A stretch of DNA of 61,252 bases from Chiloscyllium plagiosum (GCF_004010195.1 NC_057726.1:68917155-68978406), one strand, 5' to 3'. Numbered from the stretch's first letter, positions 23,033-37,197 are shown. Notes: generated from the letters alone by a model not told the origin. Translations and numbers: made by a program.

Positions 23033-26009
23033 ACTCCAACAATGTTCGATGACATTACAGTTACACAGGAAAGTTGTTTTATTTGAATACTAACGGCAAC
23101 TTTATGCGTTAGGTTGCTCATGGACTACACTGTCACTGAATGGAAGTGGAAGAAGGAGTGGGAGTTGTAACAAAAGCTAGATCCTGACAATTAAACTTTT
23201 TTGTTTTATTTTGAGCAAACCTCACGAATCCTGCAAAAGCAAGAGAATCAATGTATTTCTGTCACGGTTTTTAAATGGGAACGAAAAACAGTGAAGACCA
23301 CTGTCCAGTCACGTGTTGTTCACTTGTCATGTCGTATCGCATTACTTAGCGGTTAATCTTGTTGTTTACAGAACTGGAACTGAATAGGCCTCAGTCACAG
23401 TTTATGTTCTACACAAACATCCTCCCACCCTGCGTCACAAATCACAATGAGATAATCTTCTATTAATATCTCTGCAGGTGGTGGGTTCTTTGTGAACTAT
23501 ATTGTGATTGATCGAGTTGGTGGAAGGTGCAGGCAATGTAATCGTTGCTAGCCCCTGGCAAATGAACCTTAGTTTAGTCTTCAATCATTCGATTCCTGGA
23601 CTAGCAATGAAACAAATACTTTGCTGGCATACATTTCAAATGGGAATGCAGAATATTGAAGACCATTGTCCAGTTAGATTTTAGTTGATCAGACGATTTA
23701 CTTGGTAAGTCATGTCGCATAGCATTGCTTAGCGGATGATCTTAATCTTTGCAGCACGGGAACTCAACAGGAGCATTTTGTATGCTCCACACCATCATCC
23801 TCCCAACTGACTTTACTTCGCAACCTACAATGCAATAGTGTTCTATGAAGGGATACCTCGTGAACTAGTCTGGATTTACCTTAAATCCATCTTTATGTCA
23901 ATCCGTTCCTTGTGATGACGGATTACACATCCTATACATTCTCTAGGTGCTGTGCTTTCGCCTGAACGTATTTATTATTTTTATTAGCCTCTTTCTTTTG
24001 TTTATGGCCTCTAACTTCACTGTTGTCCATATGTGCAAATAGCCACTGCGTGCCCAGTCCGTTAATGTTTTGTTTACATTTAATACAATATATCAACAGG
24101 AATAAGAATGAGACAACGCTATTTGTTCGGATGTTTAATGATAATCACCTCTATTCCATCTTTTTACATTTTCTGCACATTCCATGATTCCCATAGTATA
24201 CCCAACCATGAATCCTTATCTGTCTTGAATAGTTGAATTCGTGCGTAATTTTCACAATAATTAGATGTGTCAGGTGCTTTTCAAACAAGCAAAAAAACTT
24301 AGCAGGATGGTCCATGTTGCCATTTAGAAGTGTCCTCTATGCTGAGAAAATCATATTCCTCTAACGTAGAAGCTTCTACTTTGGGTGGAGTGGGGGGTGG
24401 GGGAGGAACAGCTGCTCATCCGGGCCCTGAATGAGCAGCTCTTTTAGAGATCAAGTTCCGTTCTTCCCCAAGAGCAAAAACCTGCAACATGAATTAAGCT
24501 GATGAAGTTATTCTTGTTTACACCTTCAATGATTTCGCCTTGGATTATACTAATTTCCGGGGAATATAGATTTATGAATTAAATCTTGCTCAATACAATA
24601 GTATTCTGATATCGCGAGTGAATCTAAACAGCATGCAGTGCACGGTCTTCAAACCAACAATTTCGTTAGTAAAGAAATCAAAATTGAACACAATATACTG
24701 AGTGTTCTCTTACTGGGGGAGTGCACAGATGTATAAAATCTATTCAATTAATTGCAATTATTTCTGTCTAATAAAATTTAATGGGATCCGATTCTCTGTT
24801 TATTTACTGTGTTGGAATTTAAACTTATTGTAGTTTCTCTACAGGCCTCCAAGTAACAGTGAAACACGATCTTCCCATTACAGAACAACTTAAGAATTTT
24901 TTTACTATTCATCCTTAATAATTTCAAAAAGTATAGCTTCACATTTCACAAAATGTACTCCAGCGATGTCCCATTCTTCCCTAATAATTCAACCTGTCCA
25001 CTAATTGAAAATGTGGATTTATTATTAGAGGTTAGTTCATATCAGTCACTGATAGAGCTAATGCTGGAAATAGCTGTGTCTCTAGCACAAACCCCTGTGA
25101 TGATGCATTGGTAAAAGCCCAACCACGAATGAAAATACTTCCGTTTTCTGATTTCCGTCTGTTGGAGCAATATTCAATTCGTGGTGATAAATAATCTCAT
25201 GAGTCAAATGATTTACCATATAATAAGTTATTACTGGATGTATTTATGGAAATAGAATATAATGTCGCCACAATTAATCCGGCAACATTGTAATTATATG
25301 AATTATAAAATAAGTACTAATGCATACAAAGTTAAGACGAATTTCATTTTTTTTGTTCCAGCCATGACTTCTTGATTTCATAAAAGGCTACAGGAACGCG
25401 CCTTAAAATACAGCCATCTGAGCTGGCCCAGAGACAAGGAGGAAGCACGCTGAAGCACCCTCGACATTCCCTCCCAACAACTGACCAGACCCAGAATGCT
25501 GCCTCTGCCAAAAGCCGTTCCCGATGCTGCAATACAGAGGAGGAAGCACACTGAAACAGCCCCGCATCTCCACACACCACACCCCACCCGACTTACTAAC
25601 AGGACCCACAACGACGCCTCTGCCAAAGCTGCCTCGTCGCTGCCAACACTCCAGCCGCCCCCATATCGGGGAGACTGTTCCTGCCTCAATGACTGGGGCT
25701 CATTCTCAATTTCCGATGATCGATTAACTCCATCGCAGTTGCAGACGCCGCCGAAGCATCAGAGGAAAAGAACCAACCCCAATCCATCGAAGCGGGAATA
25801 GTTGCTCAAGCCACGGTCACCATCGTCACCAGGAGCGAACGCGATCCGCCACTCAACAACTCCCGGCAACTTCTCTCCACCAAGGAGCAGCCACAGAAAG
25901 AAGAAAAATTGAATTTGATTGCAAAGTTAAATGGAGAAAAATAAAAATTACAAAAACGATGTGGTCAGTCACGGCCCCTGACATCTTGATCATTGAAAGA
26001 AATCGACTC

Positions 26010-28050
26010 ATAGAGTCGTAGAGTCATAGAGTCCCACAGCATGGAGGCAAGTACTTTGCCCCAAACTAGCGCATGCCGACCAAAATGTCAATCAACTGGA
26101 ACCCATTTCCATGCACTTGGCACAGATCTTCTAAGAATGTCCTTACCATGTATTTGTCCAAATGCATCTTAAATGTTATTAATGTACCTGCCTCAACCAC
26201 TTCTGCTGTCAGCTCATTCCATATGAGCACCACATTCGCTGTAAAAAGGTTGCCCCTCGGGTTCACTTTTATTCTTTCCCCTCTAAGCGTAAAGTGATGC
26301 CCTCTAGTCTGCAATTCGCCAACCCTGGGAAAAAGACAGCTTATTCACCCTATCCATGCTCCTTTTGATCTTGTACACTTCAAAAAACCCTTCAGTCTCC
26401 TTTGTTATAAAGTAAAAAGTCCTAGCTTGGCCAACGTCTCCCTACAAGTCAGACAGTTGAGCCTTGTAAACATTCTTGCAAATTTCTTCTGCACTCTTTC
26501 TAGTTTAATAACATCCTCCCTATAACAACGTGACCAAAACTGAACACAAAACGCCAAGTCAACCTCAACAACGTCCTGTACAACTGCAACATAATTTCCC
26601 AACTTTTATAATTTCCCAACTGTGCCACCGTTAGCACNNNNNNNNNNNNNNNNNNNNNNNNNNNNNNNNNNNNNNNNNNNNNNNNNNNNNNNNNNNNNNN
26701 NNNNNNNNNNNNNNNNNNNNNNNNNNNNNNNNNNNNNNNNNNNNNNNNNNNNNNNNNNNNNNNNNNNNNNNNNNNNNNNNNNNNNNNNNNNNNNNNNNNN
26801 NNNNNNNNNNNNNNNNNNNNNNNNNNNNNNNNNNNNNNNNNNNNNNNNNNNNNNNNNNNNNNNNNNNNNNNNNNNNNNNNNNNNNNNNNNNNNNNNNNNN
26901 NNNNNNNNNNNNNNNNNNNNNNNNNNNNNNNNNNNNNNNNNNNNNNNNNNNNNNNNNNNNNNNNNNNNNNNNNNNNNNNNNNNNNNNNNNNNNNNNNNNN
27001 NNNNNNNNNNNNNNNNNNNNNNNNNNNNNNNNNNNNNNNNNNNNNNNNNNNNNNNNNNNNNNNNNNNNNNNNNNNNNNNNNNNNNNNNNNNNNNNNNNNN
27101 NNNNNNNNNNNNNNNNNNNNNNNNNNNNNNNNNNNNNGCTATCCACTCCATCTATGCCTTTCATCATCTTGTCGATCGTTATCAAGTCACTTGTCATCCT
27201 TCTTCGCTCCAATGAGCTCCCTTAAACTTTCTTCATAAGACATGCCCTTCAGTCCAGGCAACATTGTGGGAAATCTCCTCTGCACCTTTTTAAAGCTTCC
27301 AAATGCAAGAACTGAACACAATATTCCAATCATGGTCTAGCCAGGACTTTGTAGAGCTGCAGCATAACCTCATGGCTCTCAAACGCAACCCCCCTACTAA
27401 TGAAAGCCAATAGACCATACACCTTCCTATCAACTTGGTTCGCAACTTTGAGGGATTTATGGACATGAATCCCAAAATCCCTCTGTTCCTCCACACTGCC
27501 AAGAATCCGGCCTTTAATCCTGCATAATGCATTCAATTTTGACCTTCCAAAATGAATCACTTTAGAATTTTCCAAGTTGAACTCCATCTGCCACTTCTCC
27601 ACTCAGCTCTGCATCTTGTCAATGTCCTATTGCAACTTCCAACAGCCCTCCACACTATCCACAAATCCATCAAACTTCGAGTCATCGGCAAACTTATTAA
27701 CCCCTCCACGTCCAGTTTCTTATCCAAGTCATTTATAAAAATTACAAAGAGCAGAGGTCCCAGAACAGATCCTTATGAAACACCACTGGTCACCAAGCTC
27801 CAAGCTGAATACTTTCCATTCACTACCACTCTCTGTCTTCTATGAGCGAGCCTGTTCTGTATCCAGATAGCCAAAATGTCCTTGTATCCCATGCTTCCTT
27901 ACTTTCTGAATGAGCTTATCATGGGGAACCTTGTCAAACGCCTTGTTAAAATCCATGTACATCACATCTGCTGCTCTACGTTCATACCAACGTGTTTTGT
28001 CACATCCTTAAAGAATTCAGTAAGGCTTGTAAAGCATGATCTGCACTCAC
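26010..28050 (-). mobile_element. CR1-type LINE fragments on both sides of a gap
   Basis: Minus-strand CVQFWS, LERVQKKF, TRGHHF, EKWQMEFN, VMLQLYKVLARP; (tagagtc)n tail at ~26010-26030. Confidence 0.88.
26638..27137. other. Assembly gap (500 N)
   Basis: Run of exactly 500 N. Confidence 1.
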
Positions 28051-28959
28051 AGCTCCATGTTGATGATTCTTTAGCATGAACAACTGTTAAGACCATGATA
28101 ACAAGGAGCCAAAGTAGACTATTCAGTGCATCGTGTCTTTTGGATCGTGTGATAATCCTCAACTGTGCTTTCCTACTTTCCCTCCAACCCCAATAACACT
28201 TGAATTCTTCATGATTAAAAATCGATTTCTGCCTTGAATACATGTTATGACCCAATCTCCATTTTCCTCTGTAGTAAAAATATTCCACGTACACACTAGC
28301 TCTGAGAGAAATAGCTCCTCCTCATCTTTTTCTTATTCCAATGTATTGCTACCTTCAGTACAATCATTAGCATTCTAATGTGTCTGCTTCAAGAAGAGTC
28401 TATGAATACAAATACAACCTGTATGGATTGTAGGGAACATCCACTAAACAAATGCAATCATTAACAGAATAATTCACATTATTGACGATGGTTTGCCATC
28501 ACTAATTTAAACTGATCTGTTATTAGTAAATGATACCTAATCTAACTTGGCAGCAAACTGATGCCTTGTGTTTTATCGTGTCCAATATCACTTTGAAAAT
28601 GATGTTTCTCCATCTTTCCAGTAGTTCCATGTTCTGTGTGTAACTGTTGCAAGTACTTCCTGACATTTTTGTCATTCGTTCGTGGCATGTGGGGTCCCCT
28701 GTCTGGGCTATTTCCCATCACTAATTATCATTCGGGAAATTGTGGCAAACTGTTTTAACAAGCAGTTGCAGCCAATTTAGTCTGGGAAAATCAAAAAAGT
28801 GATGTGCTTGACTCAATTGCAGTTGAAAATATGGATATTTCCTCCTCAAGTGAGTTGATTAATTGTCTGCCATCATCCACAGCCTACATGTGGTCACTTG
28901 ATTTTGGAATTTCTTAGCAAATGTAGCAAGTGATGGAGAACCCTATCTGACAGGCAAAT

Positions 28960-29390
28960 AGTGATTTTTGATTTTGATATATTATTGCTACATGATACAG
29001 TGAAGGTGTTGTTTTGCATGCCATCCAGTCAAGTCAAACTTTGCATAAGTGCATCAAGGTAATAGAATATAGCAGAATATAGTTTTACAGCTGTATAGAA
29101 GGCGTAGAGAAAGATTAACTCTAATATGCAAGAGGTCCATTCAGAAGTCTGATAAAGGTGGGGGGAAAACAGTGCTTAAATCTGTTGGTTTGTGTTTCCA
29201 AAGTTTTTTACCTTCTGCTCAATGTAAGAGGGGGGAAGAGAGTATAACTTGGATGGGAGGAAACTTTGAATATGTCACCTGCTTTCTCAAGGCAGCAGTA
29301 AGAGTAGATGGGATCAATGGAAGGAAGACCCTTCCATTGGATAACCAGGTTGCATTCACAACTCTCTCTAATTTCTTGCAGTCTAGGGCT
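28960..29390 (-). mobile_element. Rex1/Babar-like LINE 3' fragment
   Basis: Minus ORF ..GLPSIDPIYSYCCLEKAGDIFKVSSHPSYTLFPPLTLSRR resembles the conserved C-terminus of Rex1-clade RT. Confidence 0.6.
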
Positions 29391-30689
29391 GGGCATTTGA
29401 TGTCTGCAATTACTAACGTCTTAAATCACCACATAATGGTGGATGTTTTTGCCACCGGACAGCTGTCATTAAGGCAAGTTGTCTGATTTTTCTTTTTCCA
29501 TTGTGATGATAACAAATAGAATGGTGCAACAGGAGAATTGCAGCAAAAAAAGGGCTTTTTATCCCATTGCAGGCAATTTTGGAATATCTGGCATTGAGAG
29601 GGGACTGTTAAGCAAACGGCAGGAATTGCATCACACTGGTTTGAACATGGATTTGTACAGGAAATCGAAGACATGGTGGACACAGTTGTGCAGGCCGTGA
29701 AGATTCTGCTTTCATATTTACAATTTTCTTGCATCCAAGTTTCCTTTAGCTTTGTAATATGATCGATTTTAGTCCTTGAATCACTCCTGCCTTCCACCCG
29801 ATGACAGAGCTTTTCTGTTTTACTTCCCCCATACACATTTGCTACACATTTGCTCTGCATTTGCATTTGTTCATGACCTGTTTAAAATCCACCTGTTTTC
29901 TAGTGCTGCATGTCGGTGTTGAGTTATATATAGAACAATACCAAATTTTAAGTTTCCGAATGGTCTGAGTTTATGAGTCAATTAACGAACTCTGTCTGAA
30001 ATGCACTGGGTGGATTTTTTTGTTTTGTTTTCAGATCGCTGGAAGTGCAGCACCTCTCAGTTACCTTCAAGAACGTGTGAAACCACCTGCAGACTTTCAA
30101 TATCACAGCAGAAAGAGAGGCTTGGCATTTGTTGCCCATTTTAAAAATTATATGCTCATAACCAACGCCGACCATTAGAATTCAAACTGCTTGAGGAAAT
30201 GAAAAATGCTGCAAAAACAATTAAACATTAAGTTTGAGATATTTTAAAACAACTAAGCCTGCATACAAAAATGAATTAAATATGTCCAGGTTTACACGTG
30301 TTATCTTTCTCAGACATCTCGGTGGAGCAATTGCCTGAAAATCAAAAGAAGATTTAGAAAATAATACATGCTTCAGTTACTCAATATATAGAAGAAGAAG
30401 ATAAATTTAGTTTCATTTGAATAAAAATAGACAAAATATGAAAGGAAACTTGCACACCAAATGGTCAGCTATTAGAACTTTCGATAACTTTGAGATATGA
30501 AAGGAAATCCAGCAATTATATCAAATTAATTCACAGGGTGTGCAAGATCATGTTGTCAAAGTCAAAGTTAAAACAAACTAAATATGTTATTAGTTGGAAA
30601 CAAATTATGTTTGATTTCTGTTTTAAATATAAGAATATGGTGGTGAGCAAGGCATTTAGTACACTTACCTACATTCGTTAAAACATTGA

Positions 30690-31285
30690 GGTGAGGTGTT
30701 GGGAGTACATTTGCGGCTGCAAAGGACATAGGTTAGGCCACTTGTGATGTCCCTCTTTTGAAGGACATTGTTAAACTTGAAAGTGTTCAGCAGAGTTTGA
30801 AAAGAAGGGTTTGACTAACATTGAGGCTGAATAGGCATGGTCGTTTTTTCCTTGGAAAGGCTGAGTGGTGACCTCCTAAGGTTTATAAAATTATGAGGGG
30901 CATGGACAGGATGAATAGCCAGGTTCATTTTTCTAGGGTATTGGAGTCAACCACAAGAGGGCATAGCTTTATGTTGAGAGAGAAAAGATTGAAAAGAGAA
31001 CGTGGAAGGTAACATTTTCATGCATAGGGTGGTGCGTATATAGAATGTGCTTCCAGAGGAAGTGGTGGACACAAGTACAATTACAGCATTGAAAAGGCAT
31101 CTGGATGGGTATATGAATTTGATTTACAACATGCACAATTCTTTTGGTTAACATAGGGTTGAGAGGAGTATGGGCCAAATGCTGGTAAATGAGATGAGAT
31201 CAGATTGAGCTGTCTGGTCAGCACAGCCGAGTTGTACCCAAGGGTCTGTTTTTGTATTGTGTTCTCTGTGACTCCATGACTCTAT
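30690..31285 (+). mobile_element. CR1-type LINE 3' fragment
   Basis: ggctgagtggtgacct...aaggtttataaaattatgaggggcatgga, gaggaagtggtgga, tail tgactccatgactcta. Confidence 0.85.
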
Positions 31286-32004
31286 TTTATTGGACTATAA
31301 AATTTTTCTCGGACTCATGAAACAGCATGGTAATTCGTAGGATATGTAAAATTAGATGAGAATAAGTTTAGTAATAAACCTGTAGAAGGTGGGGACTGGA
31401 ACAATTTGTCTTGATGCAATATAACAGAATGTGCATTTGGTGCCAATGCGCATTTTAGCGAACATTTAATTTAGATGGGAACAATTCATTTGTGGGTTTC
31501 TCCTGGTCACATTTGTGTGTTTGTCTATTTACTTTTCTGAGAACTAAATGTGAAAGTTAGGCCAAGACACGAGGCATCTTTCTGCCATCTTTCCATAAAA
31601 TCTCATAAGTAAGAATGAGTGGCATGGTATTGGGACCATTATATACGTTTACAAGTACAATATGGAAATGCATTCTAAACCGATTCATTCAAAGCATAAG
31701 TAGTATTGATCAGACGAACAAGTTTCAGTCATGCACACCTACCTGACAAACGGAATGGCATTAAATATTCCATGTTGTAGCAAAATGAGAGAGCATCTTT
31801 ATGATCGACGAGGCATTGTCACTATGACTGAGAGATCAGCAGCTTGGAGTTAAATACATCAGTGTATGATTAAGTAAGTAAAATTAAAGTTAAACGGAAG
31901 AACTCTTGAGTTTTACCACCAAGGACTCGGGAGTCCAAAGTATTTTCAAGGTTAATATAGATGAAAGGCGAACTGAAGATTCTTAAGTCCCCATATGCTA
32001 CTAT

Positions 32005-32410
32005 AGAGTCAAAGAGGCATAAAGATGTATAGCACAGAAACAGACCCTTTGGTCCAACTCATCCATGCTGACCAGATATCCTGACCCAATTTTATCTCAC
32101 CTGCCAGCACCCAGCCGATATCCCTCCAAACTCTTCCTATTCATATAGCCATCCAGGTGCCTTTTTAATGTTGCAAAGGTACTAGCCTCCACCACTTCTT
32201 CGGGCAGCCTATTCCACACATGCACCATCCTTTGCGTGAACAAGTTGCCCCTTGGATCTCTTTTATATCTTTCCCCTCTCACACTAAAAGTATACCATCT
32301 AGTTCTGGACTCCCCCGCCCCAGGGAAAATACCTTGTCTATTTACCCTATCCATTCCTCTCATGAATTTATAAACCTCTGTAAGGTCACACCTCAGCCTC
32401 CAACACTCCA
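32005..32410 (-). mobile_element. CR1-type LINE 3' fragment
   Basis: Minus ORF ..RLRCDLTEVYKFMRGMDRVN..WNRLPEEVVEA.. Confidence 0.88.
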
Positions 32411-33042
32411 ATGAGGTAACAATAAATAAATACACTGATTTCGCTTTACCTTCAGGTGGCGCTGGCTGTTTCAGAAGACACAACAAGTTGTTTGAGCACA
32501 GAAATGATGATTGACCCATTAAGAAACCCGGCCTTTGTTTTGAACTAACCAACATCAGTAAATAGGACAAACAAGTGAACAAAATTGGACTCAAAATTAT
32601 GAAAATTTAAAATTGTAACTACCACGGCAAGATAGAAAAGTTCATTATGATGTGAGCTTTCAAAAACTAAGCATTGCCTGCCTCGAAGGATAAAAGTGTT
32701 GTGAAGGCAGACATATAGAATTCAAATGGAAATTAATATTTAACAATTAATTTAGTTTATTCACCATCAGCCAACCGTGATCACTGATTAATCCAATGTC
32801 CTTTCAATATGATTAAAGATTGTTGTTGTTAGTACTTCAGTGCGATCTGACTCTTTTTCCTTGAAGTTGTAAATAAATACGTCATATGATTGTGAATGGA
32901 AGCAATGTATCAATGTTTTATAGTCAGGGCAACAAGGCTAATGGATCTCTGATTAGCTCATTCTAATTTCATGAAGGTGATATCATGCAAAAATCGAAGT
33001 TGAATAAGGCAAAGTGGGTATTGCCCCGCTTCCTATCCACTT

Positions 33043-35670
33043 ATCATCATCATCATCTTTGGCAGTACCTCATAGACGGCAATGATTCTCTTCCATTCTC
33101 AGCATGCAACTGTATGTCACTGGACTGTCTGATGTGGTTTCACAGGCTCTGTTACACTTGGGGCAGAAGGTGTTCACAGAAAGAGATGGATGGGGCATCA
33201 GTGTGGGAGTTCACTGCTTTCACTGTTTTCAATTGGCCTCCACTTTTTCCTGATTGCAAGTCTCGAGGTGCTTGATGCCTTCCTGGATTCTCCTCTTCCA
33301 CTTTGGACAGTCTTGGGCTAGAGATTCCCAAGTGTCTATGGAATGCTGCACTTTGCCAGTGACGCCTTGAGGGTATCACTGAAACATTTCCTCTGTTCAC
33401 CTTGGGCTTGCCTGCCATTTTGATATTGGGAGTAGAGCATCTTTAAGGGAAGTAAGGTGGAAGATGTGCCCAGCCCATCGTAGCTGATCAAGATGGGTGA
33501 GTGCCTCGGTGTTGGACTAGTTAAGGGTGCTGGTGTTGGTGCATCTTTCTTCCCAGCAAATTCGCAGGACCTTGTGAGACCAGCATTGGTTGTAATGGTT
33601 TGTCATGGCCTTATGACATCTGCTGTAGACTGTTTACATCTCAGAGCCATATAGGAGATTGCGAAAGACCACAGCTCTAAAAACCATCATCTTGATGTAA
33701 GGTCTGAAGTGTTTGTCCTCAAATGACGTTTTCCTCAGACAGCTGAAGGCTGTGCTGGCAAACTGGAGGCAGTGCTCCATCTCTTCGCCAATAGCTACGT
33801 TGGCTGACAAGTCATGCCTGAAGTATTGCAAGTGTTCAATGTTCTTCAAAACCTCCCGTGGGCGTTGATGATTGGGGGTTTGCTGCACAATTCCTCATCC
33901 TGAACTCTGTCATCGACCCAAACATCCTTGAAAGTATCCCACGGCATGATGCATGCCATGACCTCAGCAACACCCCAACTCTGCACAAAGTAGAGAAGGC
34001 CATCTGCCAGGTTGCTGATATCCCCGCTGAAGCATTCAAGTGCAGAGGCAAAGAGCTCGTGCCGCAGCTACATGCCCTTGTCTGCCTTATATGGAAGGAG
34101 GGAGAGATTCAAGATGCTACAGTCATGAGCATTGTCAAAAAAGGAAACAAGTCCGTCTGTAGTAACTTCAGGGGAATCCCCATGGTGTTAACTGTTGGAA
34201 AAGTTACCTCCAAGGTCCTCCTCAACAATTTCCTCCCTGTGCTGAGGAACCCCTCCCAGAATTGTACTGTGAGTTTCAGCCACAAAGGAGGACAATGGAC
34301 ATATAACTTAGAACATAAAAATGTACAGAACAGGAATGGCCCCTCTGGTCCCCAAAGTTGTGCCAAACATCATGCAAAATTAAACTAATTCCTTCTGTCT
34401 GCACTTTGTCCATATCACTCTATTGCTTGCATATTCACGTGCTTAACAAAAAGTGTCTTAACTGCCCTTATGGTATCTACTTCCACCACCACCTGTGGCA
34501 GCATGCTCCAGACTCCTACCATTCTCTGTATTAAAAAAAACTTATCCCTCACATTTCCTTTGAACTTGCCCTTCTCACCTTAAATGACATTTCAACTCTG
34601 GGAAAAGAATTCTGACCGTCAACCCTATGCATCCCATAATTTTATCGACTTCTATCAAGTCTCCCCTCAGCCTCTGTCGCTCCAGAGATAACAATTCGAG
34701 ATTTTCTAGCCTCTCCTTTTAGCTCATAGCTTCTAATCCAGGCAGCATCCTGGAAACTTCTTCAGCGCCCTCTGCAAAGCCTTCACATCCTTTCTGTAAC
34801 ATGGTGACTAGAACTGAAGGCAATAATGTAAGTGTAGCCTAACCAAAACCTAATAAAGCAGCAACATGACATCCTGACTCTTGTACTCAATTCCCTGAAC
34901 AGTAAAGGCAAGCATGCCATACACCTCCTTTACAACCTTTTTTGCTTGAGTGGCAACTTTCACAAGCTGTTGACTTGAACCCCAAGATCCTTCTCTAAAT
35001 CAATGTTCTTCAGGGTCCTGCCATTAAATGCATACCTTTCCTTAACATTTGATCTCCCGAAGTGCAGTACCTCAGATTTACCAAGATAAAACACGATCTG
35101 TCATTTCTCCACTCGTATCTGCAACTGATCTATATTCCACTGTATCCTTTGACAACCTCCTACACTATCTACAACTTCATTGATCTTATCATTGCCTGCA
35201 AACTTACTAACCAACTCATTCATATTTTCATTCAAGTGATTGATATATATCACAAACAGCAGAAATCCCGGTGAAGATCCCTGCAGAACCCCACTAGACA
35301 CAGGCCTCCAGCCGCCAAAAAATCCCTTCCATCACTACCCTCTGCCTTCTATGGGCAAGCCAAATTTGAATCCACGTGGCCAAGCCATGGTAATTACAAA
35401 TGGCACTACCACTAACCCATTTCCCAACCAGACTGGTGTGAGGCAGTGCTGCGTCACCACCCAATACTGTCCTCGATATGCCGTGCTTGAAATGCTTCGC
35501 CTCACTGCTGGCAAGTTCCCCTCTGGAGTGGAGTTAACTTATAGAATCCACGGAAAATTTTGCGATCTGTGTACGTCAACCCAACCAGTGTCATTGAGCT
35601 CCAACACTCAGATGATGCTTGCTAATGTGCAGTCTCAGAGGATGGACTCCGGACATTTGTCAGCACCACC
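33043..35670. mobile_element. RTE-clade LINE with inverted 5' half, interrupted by a CR1
   Basis: 3' half on minus (33043-~33880, (atg)n tail, ..NLLYGSEM). Upstream RT half on plus (PTLHKVEKAI..ADIPAEAFK..KKGNKSVCSNFRGI; resumes ~35390 with TGVRQCCV). Confidence 0.75.
34305..35390 (-). mobile_element. CR1-type LINE nested in the RTE element
   Basis: Minus ORF SSGVLQGSSPGFLLFVIYINHL..LVSKFAGNDKI; tail acttagaacata at ~34305. Confidence 0.85.
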
Positions 35671-37197
35671 AATCAATTACGGTCACAGCTATTTCCTGTA
35701 TTGATAATGTTTAATTTCTTTCGAATTCTAAAATTTCAAACTTAGCAACATTTTGCTCGAAAGTTAAATCTGATATAAATGTTACATTTATTCAAATCTA
35801 AAAGAAATTAATGATCTTTTGATTAAATGTTGCATTTATATTAGAGTTAACTTTCGAACAACGTGTTGTTAAGTTTGTATTTGCATAATTCTTTAGACTT
35901 TCAAAATGCTAAGTCTCTTCGTTGACTGATTGCAGAAGAATATTTCACTGTGTCAAACTTATGAAACACATTTTACTTTATGTCCTGTTTCTTTTTTTTA
36001 AGTGGTTATTTATAAGTCTTTCTAGGCATTCAAACAACACGCAAGAAAATAAAGCAAGCGCCAATCAAACTGATGTATAAAATCATAAATGGCCAGTGAT
36101 GAATGTCTAATTTAATGAAAACATCATTAAGTGAGAATTGAGAATATCAAACATAGATGGACAGTAGCCATCTCCTTCTGAAACAAATGGTTATAAATAT
36201 CTTATCTTTTCCCTTATCTTAGGGGAAAAAAAAACATAAAAGAACTAACAGTAAAGCTTAATGAAAGATGTGAGTTGAAGGGTATTTCATAACTCGAGGA
36301 ACCAATCAGGATATAGTGACATCAGTCAATATCCGTCGTTCTTAGGAGCCAGTTACAAGTTGAACATGCTTCCTGTAGGCTGGTTAGGAATAAACCATGT
36401 CTCAACTAGACCACCCAAAATGCTAATTAAAGATGCTGTTGGTCAGAGCTCCGAAAGAGCATTAGGAAGCAATGACGCCTGGAGCTGTCGTTGTTTATGA
36501 ATAAAAATAAGTATTGATAATCCCTGCAGTATTCAAATCGTTAAGACAGTGCAGAGGGGAGATGAATAAGCATTTCCAAAAAGGTTTGTGATTTATTATT
36601 AAATCATTGCAAACCTCAGGTATGGCTTGCAACAGAATCGCCATTGTGACGTGAGAATGAGTTATCGATTTGATTTTGTATAAATGTTCTACATAACAAA
36701 AAATGCAACTAAAACATGGGAATGGGCAATAGTTTGACACGGAGGGAACAAAAACGTCAGCTGTCTCTTACATGTTCATTTATGAGCAAACAAAACACGG
36801 CTAATTGTTTATGTGTCATTTCAGGGTGAGACAATTTTAGCGGAAAAAGCACGGACAGACTCTCCATTGAGGAAGTCGAGATGTTCAACACATTAATGCC
36901 TGTCGAATGGATTAAAAGTTACGATAATACAATTTATGTTAGCTTTTTCGTGCCGGTAATATGACAATTACTCTCAAGGTCTCCATGCAATGAAATACCA
37001 CGTGTAGCCAATGGAAAGCTGCATGGGGAAAGTAATGCCTGTCAATCTGAGAGTAAAGTAACAGCGAGCATGAGAATTTAATGAAAATTAAATTGAAACC
37101 TGGTTGAGTGAATAGACAGGAGGTGAATGCTTCATCAGTGATGTCGACATGCTCAACATTGAGAGAAATGTGTTTAGTGACGGTGAGTGAAATATGT

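Noticed and set aside
29978-30175. Minus ORF ending at donor-like AAG|gtaact as a possible exon of gene D
   Set aside because: Not hydrophobic, no homology to other family exons, and D's TM exon already ends in a stop.
36295-36480. Cluster of CCAAT / TGACATCA / CTTCCT motifs as a promoter
   Set aside because: Short motifs only, with no associated first exon or paralogous conservation visible in the window.
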